From the NCBI RefSeq assembly GCF_006345805.1, contig NC_043024.1, forward strand, positions 2,418,001 to 2,482,000: a stretch of 64,000 nt of DNA, read 5' to 3'. Below, piece by piece: positions 9,716 to 25,182 of the stretch (position 1 is its first letter; each line of letters opens with the position of its first letter). This stretch comes from Octopus sinensis (taxonomy: Eukaryota). A program made the translations under genes and the position numbers. The notes under the pieces were generated by a model that was not told the origin of the DNA, ran no database searches, and saw nothing but the letters and a program-made list of their open reading frames with translations.

Positions 9716-9802
9716 CGCAGCCTACCAGAGGTGATGTTAAATATCTTATGAAAATATCTAGCTGAGAAAGTTTAAGAACTGATTTATATTTTCGGTCAAG
9801 AG

Positions 9803-10822
9803 ATGGCAAAGCCGTTACACCAGTGTGATGTATGTAAAAAGACTTTCTCTCGTGGAGGTAACCTTGCTACCCACAAACGTATCCATACAGGAGACAAACC
9901 CCATCACTGCGATATCTGTGGGAAATCATTCTCTAGAGCAAGTACTTTAACTACACACAAATATATTCATACTGGAGAGAAGCCATATCGCTGTGATATC
10001 TGTGGTAGATTATTCTCTGTTGACAGTAGCTTAACTCGACACAAACGTATTCATACGGGAGACAAACCATATCAGTGTGATATCTGTGACAAGTCTTTCT
10101 CAGATGCAGGTAGCTTAACTGCTCACAAACGATTCCATACAGGTGAGAAGCCTTATCAATGTGATGTCTGTGGTAAATCATTCTCTCAGAGAGGTACCTT
10201 ATCTACACACATGTTTATTCACACAGGAGAGAAAAAATATCACTGTGATATCTGTGGTATGTTGTTCTCACGCAGGTTTCACTTGACTCGACACAAACTC
10301 ACCCACACAGGTGAGAGATTGTACAGCTGTGATATCTGTGGAAAATCATTCTCTGAAAGTAGCATCGTAATTAAGCACAAACGTGTTCATACCGGAGAAA
10401 AACCGTATCACTGTGATATCTGTGGGAAATCATTCTCAGGGGGAAGTACCCTGACTATTCACAAACGGATTCACTCAGGAGAGAAACCATATCACTGTGA
10501 CATTTGTGGTAAATCTTTCTCTGCAAGTTTTGGTTTGACTAGACACAAACGAATTCATACAGGAGAAAAGCCGTATCACTGTGATATCTGTGGTAAAACG
10601 TTCTGCGATGGAAGTGCACTGGTTACTCACAAACGAATTCATACAGGAGAGAATCCTTATCACTGTGATATCTGTGGTAAGTCTTTTGCCCAAAGTGGTG
10701 AATTAAGTCAACACAAATGCATTCATACTGGAAGGAAACCATATCGCTGTGACACCTGTGGTAAATCATTCTTGCAAAGAAGACTTCTAACTGCTCACAA
10801 ACATTACCCTTGCAAGGAATAA
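9803..10822 (+). CDS. Poly-C2H2 zinc-finger protein, type A (A1), 339 aa, 11 canonical fingers plus 1 atypical
   Basis: Uninterrupted ORF of CxxC-x12-HxxxH repeats with TGEKPY linkers; in-frame stop at 9773 upstream of the ATG; no effector domain. Confidence 0.92.
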   Translation: MAKPLHQCDVCKKTFSRGGNLATHKRIHTGDKPHHCDICGKSFSRASTLTTHKYIHTGEKPYRCDICGRLFSVDSSLTRHKRIHTGDKPYQCDICDKSFSDAGSLTAHKRFHTGEKPYQCDVCGKSFSQRGTLSTHMFIHTGEKKYHCDICGMLFSRRFHLTRHKLTHTGERLYSCDICGKSFSESSIVIKHKRVHTGEKPYHCDICGKSFSGGSTLTIHKRIHSGEKPYHCDICGKSFSASFGLTRHKRIHTGEKPYHCDICGKTFCDGSALVTHKRIHTGENPYHCDICGKSFAQSGELSQHKCIHTGRKPYRCDTCGKSFLQRRLLTAHKHYPCKE

Positions 10823-11162
10823 ATTATGTGACTGACCATCATCCTCATTCAACATCTGTTTTCCATGCTGGCATGTGTTGAACGGTTTTTGACATGCAAG
10901 CCAGGGGATTGCACCAAACTCTACTGTCTGCTATGGCATGGTTTCTATTGCTGGAGGCCCTTCCTAATAGCAACCACTTTACAAAGTGTACTGGGTGCTT
11001 TTGACATGGGCCCTGCGCTAGCGAGGTCAAACACATTCATACAAATTTACCCACAAGGCATTGGTCAGCCTAGGAACAGAAGGCAATTGCCTAGGGTGCT
11101 GTTAATGGGACTCTGCCCCCAAACCATGTGATTGTGGAGCAAATGCCTCACGGCCATCTCTT

Positions 11163-11400
11163 CGTGGGAAATCATTCTCTGAAAGATGTAACTTATGTAC
11201 TTACACACAAACGCTTTCATACAAGACACCAACCATATTACAGAGATATCTGGGGGAAATCAATCTCTCTAAAAATATTAATTAACTATTCTGTGTATTC
11301 ATATTAACGAGTAACACTTAATATCAAAATTAGTTCTTTGAAAAAAATTTATCTTATATAACCACATATGTATACACATGGGAAAGACTAACTGTGGAAA
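11163..11400 (+). pseudogene. Vestigial zinc-finger repeats downstream of A1
   Basis: GGGAAATCATTCTCT...CACAAACG..TTCATACA..AACCATAT..GATATCTGGGGGAAATCA, separated from the ORF by SINE fragments; same at ~35300-35540. Confidence 0.6.
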
Positions 11401-11447
11401 CACCCTATCAACAATCTATATGACTATCTCTACCCTGTTGAAATAAC

Positions 11448-11918
11448 TTAACTCTTTCATTACCAACCCGACTGAAACTACCTCTGGCTCTATAGTACAA
11501 ATGTCTTGTTTTCATAAGTTTTGAATTAAAATCTTCCACCAAACCTTAGTCACAATTTATGTTCCTAACACTAGCTGAATGATAACTAAGTTATTTTACT
11601 AAATTCTTTGTTATATTTAAAGTAATTGAAAGAAACACAGAGCATCTCAATAGAAATATGGTAACAAAAGGGTTAACAAATGACTAATTTAACCCTTTCG
11701 ATACCAACCCACCTGAAACCACCTATTGCTCTGAGTACAAATGTCTTGTTTTCATAAGTTTTGAATTAAAATCTTCCACCAAACCTTAGTCACAATTTAT
11801 GTCCCTAACACTAGCTTAATGATAACTAAGTTATTTTACTGAATTCTTTGTTTATATTTAAAATTAATTGAAAGAAACACAGAGCATCTCAACAGAAATA
11901 CAATAACGAAAGGGTTAA
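11448..11918. mobile_element. Two tandem piggyBac-like MITEs (~240-bp period)
   Basis: TTAA|CCCTTTCG.TACC...GGTAAC.AAAGGG|TTAA units separated by a 12-bp spacer. Confidence 0.8.
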
Positions 11919-12559
11919 GGTATTTTTAATATGGGGTAGAAAGGGCTCCTTAGCCGTAGTGAAGGCAATCTGCTATGGAGATAACCTTACAATAAATCAC
12001 TGGGTCCGTAGCTTAGAAATACTGGGTTGACGTCCAGCGGGAACAGCTTTGTTTCATGGAGGAGGAAAGATCTTCTTTAGTACTTGGTTGTTCAATGCTT
12101 TCCAATGTGTGTAGTAGTGGCGCGCGCACACATTATTAGCCATTTGAAAAGACTATGAAAGTCTCGACCACGGTCGAACAATGATGATGATGATTTTTAA
12201 TAAAAGAATTCTTTTATAATATTTGTAATTTATTCTGCTTCCTGTTTCTTTTATGTTTGCCTGTCAAAGTGATGAGGGCCATTTGGTCATCATTAAGAAT
12301 GGCTAATGACTTGCTCAGTGACTTTGTCATATGTGCATTACAAGACCAGGTCAAGATGGCTGGGGATGGAGACTGAGGCAGTGGATGACCAGGAGGTCTT
12401 GCTTGCCTCATCTTTCTTTCGTTCCACGGATGAGTGACCCCGGCTCTTCTATACTACTCTTGGCCTGAACAAAGGATTTACCGCTTGTTTTGACAAGCAA
12501 CAAGCGGGTGGATTTGGTTCCAAATCTCAGGCAGGGCCAAGTGAGGTCCCTACAGGCCG

Positions 12560-12672
12560 ATACAGCTTGGCACCAGTGACGTCATAACTCATTTTTACAG
12601 CTGAGTGAACTGCAGCAACGTGAAATAAAGTGTCTTGCTCAAGAACACAACACACAACATGGTCCAGGAATC
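12560..12672 (-). mobile_element. SINE body resembling the CORE domain
   Basis: TTTTACAGCTGAGTGAACTG...AAAGTGTCTTGCTCAAGAACACA resembles the reverse strand of the MIR/CORE consensus as recalled, not searched; copy at ~36935-37047. Confidence 0.5.
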
Positions 12673-13743
12673 GGATCTTTTTGTTTTGACTGGCAGATTT
12701 TTAAAATAATTTCTTTGTAACTAAACACTTTTAAACTTCGTATACTGGTAGAATGTGTTTATAAAACATCTTTTTCTCTTGGATTTCTTGAGAAAATTCT
12801 GTAGTTTGGAAGCTATTTGTTGTTTAATTTCTTGCATTTAATTTTGGGGGCTGTACTTTTGTGATCCTTTCTAACAATTTGTTGAATTAATTAATTGTCA
12901 TTTAAACCCGAAGCTATATAAAAATATTCAGGACTTTTGTTGAAGGAAGAGTTACTTCCCCTCGTCCATTAACCGTTCAGTCTTGCAAATTCCGTTTATT
13001 TCCTGCTATAGTTTCATACAAATCTTTATTCCTTGATCAATTCCACTTTATAACTGATAATTATTGGGAGACCGGAATTAGATACGAATGATTTCATATC
13101 TAATTTCATATCTAACGCACAACTCAGAAAAAAGGAAGGACTAAAAAAAATTACTTAAACAAAGTTATATAATTTCTTTCACTGTTTCGTTTTCCTTTTC
13201 ATTGCACATTCCAATTTTTTTCTTTCCCACATTTTGCTATTAACCATTTCTTAATATCCTCACCATTTCCATCTATACCTATACAGACATTTTTATACAT
13301 CGTGGATCCCCGTCGTTCGCCGATGAGGATTCGGGTGTAAGACCAACTGAATCACCTGCTCCTGGATTCCCGTGAGTCGCCGAGGATTCCGCCGGAATCA
13401 TACAAAACCCCTTCGACCCGAAGCTGACCTCTTTGGAATTCCTGGGTTCAGCACTTTCCCCTTTGTCCGATTTCATTCAGGTCAACTGGACACTGCAGAA
13501 AGTGTTATTTGCCGAAAGTGTCTTGCAGTAGGACAGAACGAGGGACCTCGTGGTTGTTAAGGGATCTTCTTGACCATTCGGCCGTCCTCTGCCTACACAC
13601 ACACACACACACACGAAGCACCTGCTGAAGATGACGTGCAACTTCCAAAGAAAGTTTTAACACTGGAAAACTTCAAGGTGCGTACGTCAAAGTTTATTTC
13701 TATAGCATATCTGTGCCTGTCTATCTCTGTCTGTCTATTTATC

Positions 13744-13970
13744 GGTACTACTTGAGAAGAGTAATCCCGGTGCGCGCACTCGCGTACTCGTGCATCCGCG
13801 CTAGCTAGTCATGACTAGTCGATCCTTACTTTGTGTTTTTGCGTTTTATTTATTTTAACAAAAATTATTTACTTTGTGTAAAAAAAAATATTTTGTGTAT
13901 TATTTAATTTGCCAGTCACGACTAGCTAGCGCGAGTGCGCGCACCGGGACCACTATTCTCAAGTAGTACC
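13744..13970. mobile_element. Complete GC-rich MITE with long imperfect TIRs
   Basis: GGTACTACTTGAGAA...CCCGGTGCGCGCACTCGC / GCGAGTGCGCGCACCGGG...TTCTCAAGTAGTACC, in a TATC context; copy at 38120-38366. Confidence 0.8.
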
Positions 13971-14208
13971 CTATCTATCTATTTGTCTATCTATCTGTCT
14001 GAAAAGGAAGTTGTTCCGCTTGAACGCACACAGAAACCTGCCAGTCTGGCCTTAGAAGATACAAACAAGTAAAGACAACCCTTACTGCTATAAACATGGC
14101 CACCACCACCAACATGAACACTCAAAGCAATTTTGCTGAAGCTTTAAAGCTGAAGAAAAGAATCGTCCTTTTCGAAGAAAGAAATGCTTCTATCTGTCTA
14201 TCCATCTA

Positions 14209-14241
<33 letters not shown>

Positions 14242-14246
14242 ATATA

Positions 14247-14288
<42 letters not shown>

Positions 14289-15086
14289 ATCTGTCTGTCT
14301 ATTTATCTATCTGCCTACCTACATACCTATCTATCTACCGACCTATTTATCTACCTGTTTATCTATCTATCTCTCTTTACTCTTTTACTTGTTTCAGTCA
14401 TGTGACTGTGGCCATGCTGGAGCACCGCCTTTAGTCGATCAAATCGACCCCAGGACTTATTCTTTAAACTTCGTATACTGGTAGAATGTATTTATAAAAC
14501 ATCTTTTTCTCTTGGATTTCTTGAGAAAATTCTGTAGCTTGTAAGCTATTTGTTGTTTAATCTCTTGCATTTCGGCAATTTCAACCAATCAATGACGTCT
14601 ATTGAGGTGAATACAATATCTGCCGTAGTTTATCAACAGCAATAATTGTAGCTTACAAACTACAGAATTTTCTCAAGAAAGCCAAGAGAAAAAGATGTTT
14701 TATGTAACAAATTCTACCATTACACGAAGTTTAAAAGTGTTTAGTTACCTAGAAATTATGTTAAAAACTGCTGTTCAAACGGAAAAGATAGGAGGGAACA
14801 GACAAGGACAGACAAAGGGATTAAGTTGATTACATCGACCCCAGTGCGTAACTGGTACTTAAGTTTAAAAGTGTTTAGTTACAAAGAAATTATTTTAAAA
14901 ATCTGCCAGTCAAAACGAAAAGATCCAGGGAATCGAACTCACTAACTCGCGATTGATAGCCCGATGCGCTAACCACCGAGCCATGCGCCTTCCGCTTAGA
15001 CAGTAACCATGGTGATAGTCAACAACAATATTACGTTCCCCCGTGTCAGCAGCACTCTTTGTGGTTTCATATATTAAAGAGTCTAA

Positions 15087-15193
15087 GTCACATGACGCAC
15101 CTTACTTCCGGCTTGTCACGTTTCCTCAATTCTTTGGAGACGAAATCGAAAGTAAATAAATATTTATTTATTTATTAAGCATCAGGGGTAAGT
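15087..15193 (+). promoter_or_regulatory. Candidate promoter/exon 1 of ZNF B1
   Basis: Same E-box/ETS/donor cluster as 4608-4714. Confidence 0.55.
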
Positions 15194-16065
15194 TATTATA
15201 TATATATGTATATATATTGGAGAGGAATACGATCTGATTGAAGACGTTGTATAGCAAATACTGCGATTTATAGAAATGCCCTAGTTTGTTGTGTATTGAT
15301 GTAGGCTGGGCAGGAATGGAGTGGCGGTCAAACGGAATGGCGAATAACGTTATCAGCCGGTTATTGTTATCAAAATTAATTGGTTCAGACTTTATATTTG
15401 TTTAACGTCATCTGTTAGGTGTTGGCCTATGCTGTAGGGAAATGATCACAATAAGCGGCTTCCACTATATATGTGATTCTTGTGAAATTCCTTTGTAATC
15501 GCCAACCTTTGTGTGTGTATGTGCATATATATGTATATACATATATATGTCTATACATGTATATATATGTGTGTGCGGGCATAAGAATGCACATATATAT
15601 ATATAGACGTTTTTACTTAGTATTTTTCCATTTTTTTGTGGGGGGTGGACATATATATATTCATTTTTTGTATATGCGTGTGTATGTATGCGTATATAAA
15701 TATGTGCGGGTATGTACATATATGGGCGTGTGTGTGTGTATGAGTGCATAGGGGCCTGTCCGTATATGAACGTGGTTTTTATGCTTTGTATACTTCCTTA
15801 TGTTTTTTTTTCTGTTACCTTTAACCATGGTTTTTCTTGTGTTTGTGCGTATATAGACGTATGTATGAACTTTTACGGTACGCATGTGTGTGTGTGTATG
15901 AGGCTGTATATATATGCGTATATATTTGGCGAAAAATGCGAGTGAAGATGTGTCCGTTTCCATAGTGACGTATAAGTACGCACGTGGGTTTTCGCGCGCA
16001 GAATTATAATACAGTAATTTCCCTTTATATAACGGTATTTTTTCATAGCGTTTTTTCAGATGGCC

Positions 16066-16128
16066 AGATAACCGAAGAGATGGTGTTGTGGATTTCCACT
16101 TCGGCATCTGAAACTGAGAGTTTTATCT
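16066..16128 (+). ncRNA. Intronic hammerhead-like motif, core variant CCGAAGA (B1)
   Basis: Homolog of 7278-7340 with U4>C and a stem III mismatch. Confidence 0.45.
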
Positions 16129-16416
16129 TGACTATTGAGTAATGTAACATATTATTTTATAGATAAATTTCCTCTATTTACATAATATTGAGGTCTCTTT
16201 CTTTCATTTGTTATCTTACCGTTTTACCGATATATATATATATATATGTATATATATAGGTCCCGGGTTGAGTCGGGGTTAACCACAGTAAATAAGGTAC
16301 TCAATACATAGCAGTGTAAAGTAATTTATTTTGTAGAAGGAGCTTCTACAGGATTAGAACTATTTCATCTGAATGAAACAGTTCTAGTACTGTAGAAGCT
16401 TCTTCTATAAAATAAA

Positions 16417-16459
<43 letters not shown>

Positions 16460-18047
16460 GTGGCGAGCTGGCAGCAACATTAGCACGACGGGCGAAATGC
16501 ATGTGTCTTTACGTTATGAGTTCAAATTCCACTGAGGTCGACTTTGCCTTTCATCTTTCAGGGTCGATAAATTAAGTACCAGTTATGCACTAGGTTCGAT
16601 GTAAACGACTTAATCCCTATGTCTGTCCTTGTTTGTCCCCTCTTTGTATATCCCCTTGTGGGCAATAAATATATATATATATAAATATATCATCATCATC
16701 AACCGTTTCAAAGTAAACATTAGTCCTTGCTCTTTTTAACACAATAACCTCTGGTATTTCATATACAGCACATGTAAGTGGAGGCGCAATGGCCCAGTTG
16801 TTAGGGCAGCGGACTCGCATTCGGAGGATCGCGGGTTCGATTCCCAGACCTAAAGCTCCACGATGCTCCAGCAGAGAGTGGTGGCGACCCCTGTTGTACT
16901 CTTTCGCCCTAGCTTTCTCTCACTCTTTCTTCCTGTTTCTTGTCCCCCGACTTCCTATGCAACCGCCGAGCCTGGATGCGCATTCATCCATCCGTCGATG
17001 CTCTCGGTGTCGGGGGGGGGGCTGACCTGCTTTCTCTTCTGCGGGTCTTACGAATAGCAAAGGACCACGTTTCCGACTTCTTCCATCTTGCAAGCTCTGG
17101 GACGAAGACCGCTTCGCTCAACAAACAAACAGCAGATGTAAATCGTAAATTCTTTGTTGGTTCAAAACTTTTGGGAATTTTTAGAAAACTCTTGCGAATT
17201 TGTAATTCATAGGATTGTGCAAAAACCTAAACGAAATTTTAAAAATTGCTGCATGATTTAAGAGCTATTTAGCTATTATTTTTAGCACATCCCATGACTA
17301 CCTTATAATCTCCTTGTTTGTTTGTCAGACTGACATGTTAAAGTTTATTTGGCCAGCTAAAGGTTTATATCTCCAGTTTATCAGTATAAAAACGTAATAA
17401 AATTTTCATTATTTAATCTTTACTTTTCAAGTATATTCTATATCTCATATTATTTCTTTTTTATTTCAGAGTATCAGAGAGGATATTTAGCATAAAAGAA
17501 GATTTTACATCGAACACATCATGAATATATATGATATATTCTTTAAGATGAAACTAAAATGCTACACAGAAGAAATATTACCCTGTTTATATAATTCGAT
17601 TATAGAATTGTAAAAGATTTTCTTTGGGTGTGTGATTATTAGCAGCATTTCTGTACTTTACTGCCTGGAATGGGTGCAAGAAAACCAATCCTGTATTCTA
17701 ATTAAACCTGGATTGCAAAGGAATTGGCAGCCCCCTCAGATATTGACAATGATTACAGTTGATGGAAATATATATTTCTTTATTGCCCACTAGGGGGCTA
17801 AACATAGAGGGGCCAAACAAGGACAGACAAAGGGATTAAGTTGATTATATCTACCCCAGTGTGAAACTGGTACTTTATTTATTGACCCTGAAAGGATGAA
17901 TGGCAAAGTCGACCTCGGTGGAATTTGAACTCAGAACAAAAAGACAGACGAAATACCACTAAGCATTTCAAGCAACAGAAATAACTGGGGAATAGAATAT
18001 AAAAAAAAAGAAAAACATTTGGACTTTGTGGTGAGAGGAGAAAAATA

Positions 18048-19790
<1,743 letters not shown>

Positions 19791-19994
19791 TATAAATATA
19801 TACTCACACACACAACAGTCTTTCATGCAGTTTCCATCCATCAAATCCACTCACAAGGCTTTGGTCAACCTAGGGCTATAGAAGACATTTGCCCAGGTTG
19901 CTGCGCAGTGGGATTGAACTGCAAACCACTTGGTTGCAAAGCGTGCTTCGTGATGGCACAGCCCTGCCTCCACCTATGTTGTTTTGGAACAATG

Positions 19995-20207
19995 AAATGA
20001 AGTCAGGTGAGGCAGAACCAACATCCACAGTCAATCATGGAACGCAAAGAGGTGGTGATTACAATTTCTGCTTGAACAGTATCAGCATAGATTGCTATAA
20101 GAGTAGAGAAGATACAATAGAGAGAGAGAGGGGCAACTACAGAGACATTGAAAGCTACTGAAAGAATCATATCACAACTGATAAGGAACAGAGTTCGCCA
20201 ACATGAG
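19995..20207 (+). mobile_element. Degraded RTE-like LINE reverse-transcriptase fragment
   Basis: Frames give SISIDCYKSREDTIE..RGNYRDI and LKATERIISQLIRNRV, resembling the (P/C)YKxKGD..xxNYRGIKL..KVxERVI segment at the start of non-LTR RT domains. Confidence 0.55.
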
Positions 20208-20275
20208 TAGCAGTTATATATATATATGGGTGTACCTCCTCTGATATTCATATTTAATTTTGTTTGTACTTTATA

Positions 20276-20402
20276 ATCTCTGAAGAGGCCTTGGGATATT
20301 TTTGTAAGTGTCTCATTTATAACCACATATTTACCTATCACACATGGCTAATATGAGCATAATGAGGCACCCATATCTGCATGGCTGAAACAGCTGTAAG
20401 AT
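20276..20402 (+). ncRNA. Type-I hammerhead ribozyme-like motif with long stem II
   Basis: ATCT-CTGAAGA-GGCC...GGCT-GAAAC-AGCT-GTA-AGAT; 4-bp stem I, inner helix GTGTCTCATT/AATGAGGCAC; lies in an AT-rich Penelope-like piece (~20225-20615) bounded by (TA)n. Confidence 0.7.
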
Positions 20403-21140
20403 GTAGTTTATATTTATATTTGTATTTATTTATATTCACTTATACATACTGTACTTATTGTATCATATTACTCATTGATGTGCATTGTTTTGTTCTATAT
20501 TATTATGTTTGACCTGAATGTTCATATGTAGTAGTTTAATAAATTATGTGATTGGGAATTATCTGGTAGTTTATCATTGATTAAGATGTGTTTCTCCATT
20601 TTCTTATTTTGTGTATATATATACTCTTTACTCTTTTACTTGTTTCAGTCATTTGACTGTGGCCATGCTGGAGCACCGCCTTTAGTAGAGCAAATCGACC
20701 CCAGAACTTTTTCTTTGTAAGCCCAGTACTTATTCTATCGGTCTCTTTTGCCGAACCACTAAGTGACGGAGACGTAAACACACCAGCATCAGTTGTCAAG
20801 CGATGTTGGGGGGACAAACACAGACACACATATATATACATATATACAACAGGCTTCTTTCACTGAGAAATGTAGTCTCCTAAGCCAATGACTGCATCAT
20901 TGTGCAATTTATGTTACTAACTATAAATCGGGGGTTGCTAGGGGTTGGTGAGCAATTTACAGGGGGGTCAGTGTTAACCAAGGAGTTGAATGGGGGTCGG
21001 TGTGCGAAAGACCAGCTCTCCCAGACGAACTGCTTGAAATACTTAGCACTATGAAACGTGGGAAAAACATGAATTTTCACTGCAGTGAAGAGTCTCTGGT
21101 TGCTAACGTTCGCAGCCTGATGTCGTAATCAAAGATTGAG

Positions 21141-21540
21141 GGGTAGCAGTGGCTGTGTGGTAAGTAGCTTGCTTACCAACCACATGGTTCAGGGTTCAGT
21201 CCCACTGCATGGCACCTTGGGCAAGTATCTTCTACTATAGCCTCGGGCCGACCAAAGCCTTGTGAGTGGATTTGTTAGACGGAAACTGAAAGAAGCCGGT
21301 CGTATATATGTATATATATATATGCGTGTGTGTGTATATGTTTGTGTGTCTGTCCCCCCAACATCGCTTGACAAACGATGCTGGTGTGTTTACGTCCCTG
21401 TCACTTAGCAATTCGGCAAATAGAGACCGATAGAATAAGTACTAGGCTTACGAAGAATAAGTCCCAGGGTCAATTTGCTCAACTAAAGGCGGTGCTCCAG
21501 CATGGCCACAGTCAAATGACTGAAACAAGTAAAAGAGTAA
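21141..21540 (+). mobile_element. Full-length tRNA-derived SINE family S3
   Basis: A box TGGCTGTGTGG, B box GGTTCAGTCCC, internal (TA)/(TG) tract, AAAAGAGT tail; minus copies at 20620-20862 and 21600-21927. Confidence 0.8.
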
Positions 21541-24008
21541 TGAGTTGCAGACTGTCAAATGCTTGTTTTTAGAAATTGCCTGAATCTGGAGGGAGGTGAT
21601 TTGCCAAACCGCTAAGTTACGGGGACGTAAACATACCAGCATCGGTTGTCAAGCGATGTTGGGGGGACAAACACACACACACACACACACACGCATATAT
21701 ATATATATATACGACAGCATGCTAGCATGGAGAACGGACGTTAAACGACGATGATGATGATGATGACAGGCTTCTTTCAGTTTCCGTCTACCAAATCCAC
21801 TCACAAGGCTTTGGTTGGCCCGAGGTTATAGTAGAAGACACTTGCCCAAGGTGTCACACAGTGGGACTGAACCCGGAACCGTGTGTTTGGTAAGCAAGCT
21901 ACTAACCACACAGTCACTCCTGCGCCTATGTTTCTGTCAAGTTCTCTTCAGCTATGGACTTTACAAAGTCTTGTACAAAAGAATCGTCTTAGAAACTTCC
22001 GTACCATATCTTCATAACTGGACTTCAATGTATCTCAGTTTCTCAGTTATGTGGATATTCAAAATAAAATATCAAATATGTTGGATATATGATATGATAT
22101 GATATAATAAGCACTGTCCGAACGTGGCAGATACTAGCGTCGCCTGACTGGCTCCTGTGCCGGTGACACATAAAAGCACCAACCGATCGTGGCCGTTTGC
22201 CAGACTGCTCTGGCCCCTGTGCCGGTGGCACGTAAAGAACACCCACTACACTCATGGAGTGGTTGGTGTTAAGAAGGGCATCCAGCTTTAGAAACTCTAC
22301 CAGATCAGACTGGAGCCTGGTGCAGCCTCTATGGCTTACCAGACGCCGGTCGAACCGTCCAACCCATGCTAGCATGGAAAACGGACGTTAAATGATGATG
22401 TTCCTATTATTGACAGCCAATTTTTTTTGTTATCTATTAAAGGATTTGTAAATAAACTATTATATTGCGAGACAAGGGTAACGACTGACAGACTTCTGGA
22501 AAAGCTCTCACTATCACATCATCATCATTTAACGTCCGCTTTCCATGCTAGCATGGGTTGGACGGTTCTACCGGGGTCTGGTAAGTCATGGAGGCTGCAC
22601 CAGGCTCCAGTCTGATCTGGCAGTGTTTCTACAGCTGGATGCCCTTCCTAATGCCAACAACTCCGTGAGTGTAGTGGGCGTTTTTTACTTGCCACCGGCA
22701 CAGGGTACAGATACGGCTGCCAAACGGCCACGATCGGTTGGTGCTTTTACGTGTCACCGGCACGGACGCCAGTGAGGCGATGCTAGTAACTGCCACGCTC
22801 GAATGGTGCTTTTTACGTGTCACCGGCACGGGTGTCTTAACTACAATTTCCGGAGAAAAATAAATGCAAGGAATCGGGTGAATGCTTAATAGTATATTTA
22901 TTGATCCTTTCGTAAAGAAAAAAGTATCTGTCTGTGAGCAACAGGAAAACTTCCATATAATGCCTGGCAGAGGATCAAAATGAATTAGGAAGGCTGAGGA
23001 GTAAAGGCTGGAAGTTCTTGTTTGTTGAAGATGAGAAATGGTAAGTTGATTGACAACAAGAATAATAATATAAAGCAATTTTTTTATTCTCAGACGGAAA
23101 AGGTAAACGTAATTACATAAGTAATCCACATTAAAATCCAAATAAAAAAAAAATAGATAAAATTCTTGGTTGTTTTGATTTCAGTATTTTATGGTCAATC
23201 ATCTGACAATAAGAGTCTGTAGAATGTATTCTCCTTATGACCACGACCTTTGGCATCAGGCCATGCAAGTGACCACGACCTTTGGCATTATGCTGTGTTT
23301 GAGAAGACCCATCAAGCCAAGCGAAATTGTAGTTGTGGCAGATACTAGTGTCACACAACTGGCACCTGTGCCAGTGCACATAAAAGTGCCCATTATACTC
23401 TCAGAGTGTTTGGTGTTAGGAAGAGCATCCAGCCATAGAAACCATGCCAAACTAGATTAGAGTCTGGTACAGCTTGCCAGCCCTGGTCAAACCGTCCAAC
23501 CCATGCCAGCATGGACAACAGACATTAAATGATGAGGATGATGATTGTGAAAAACAGAATAATGGATAACAATCCTTGTTGAAACAGTATACAGTCACCA
23601 GAAGTCCATCTTTTTTGGAAAATGTGCAGCACCGTGGGCAAGTGTCTTCCATCATAGTCTGGGCTAACCAATATTGTGTGAGTGAATTTGGTTGACAGAA
23701 ACTGTATGGAAGCCATCATGCATATGTGTGCTTGTTTGCCTATTGTTTGATAAACTGTGTTGGTTTGTTTAAGCACCTGTAACCTAGCAGTTTAACAAAA
23801 GAGACTAATAAAGAAATATTATTGGATTTCCATCTTCGCATTGGTTAGACTTTTGACGGGCTGGCAAGGCTTGAGAGCTGCACCAGACTCCAGTCAGTTA
23901 TTCTAGCAGGGTTTCTACAGCTGGATGCTCTTCCTGATGCCAACCACTCTACCGAGTGCACTGGGTGTCTTTTACGTGCAATGAAATTGTTTTGTTGGAG
24001 TAAACCCT

Positions 24009-24235
24009 TTAACCCTTTAGCATTCAGATTATTCTGTCAAATATAATATTTATTCATCATATTGTTTTAAGCGAATCATGTCAATATTTCGTAGCTTTAA
24101 GATTTTGATGATGTTATCACCTGTTTTTAGATTGACATTATAGGCTGATGTGAGATACCAAATGTGGGCAGTTTTAACAGAAAACAGGTAGATTATTTTG
24201 GCCGGATATGGCCGGTTTAAACACTAAAGGGTTAA
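24009..24235. mobile_element. piggyBac-like MITE (second family)
   Basis: TTAA|CCCTTTAGCATT...AACACTAAAGGG|TTAA. Confidence 0.75.
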
Positions 24236-24302
24236 GGCAGTGCTCCAGTATGACCGCAATTCAATGATCGAATCAAGTAAGAACATAAAAGATATTGCAC
24301 TG

Positions 24303-24896
<594 letters not shown>

Positions 24897-25182
24897 TTAG
24901 GAAGGGCATCCAGCTGTAGAAACTGCCAGATCAGACTGGGCCTGGTGTAGCCTTCTGGCTTCCCAGACCCCAGTTGAACCGTCCAACCCATGCTTGCATG
25001 GAAAGCGGACGCTAAATGATCATGATGAGGATGATGATATAGCCCAGGCGTGAACAAATAAATTATTTGTTCACATCTGGGCTACAAACGGTGTTTGTAT
25101 AGTTTTGGGGGTCGTAATCATTCATAAAAGTCTGTAATTCCTGATGAGGAATTTCATTGAAGAGTTTTTCATCTCTGTCTTT

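Noticed and set aside
15661-16107. 148-aa minus-strand ORF MPKWKSTTPS... (partial in other units)
   Set aside because: Crosses (CA)n/(TA)n tracts whose length changes shift the frame between copies.
22629-23141. 170-aa minus-strand ORF and a GTAAGT donor-like site at 23041
   Set aside because: No recognisable domain; the ORF runs into a SINE and no coherent exon chain could be built.
25141-25165. CTGATGA followed by a short hairpin
   Set aside because: No GAAA box or stems I/III, so not a hammerhead.
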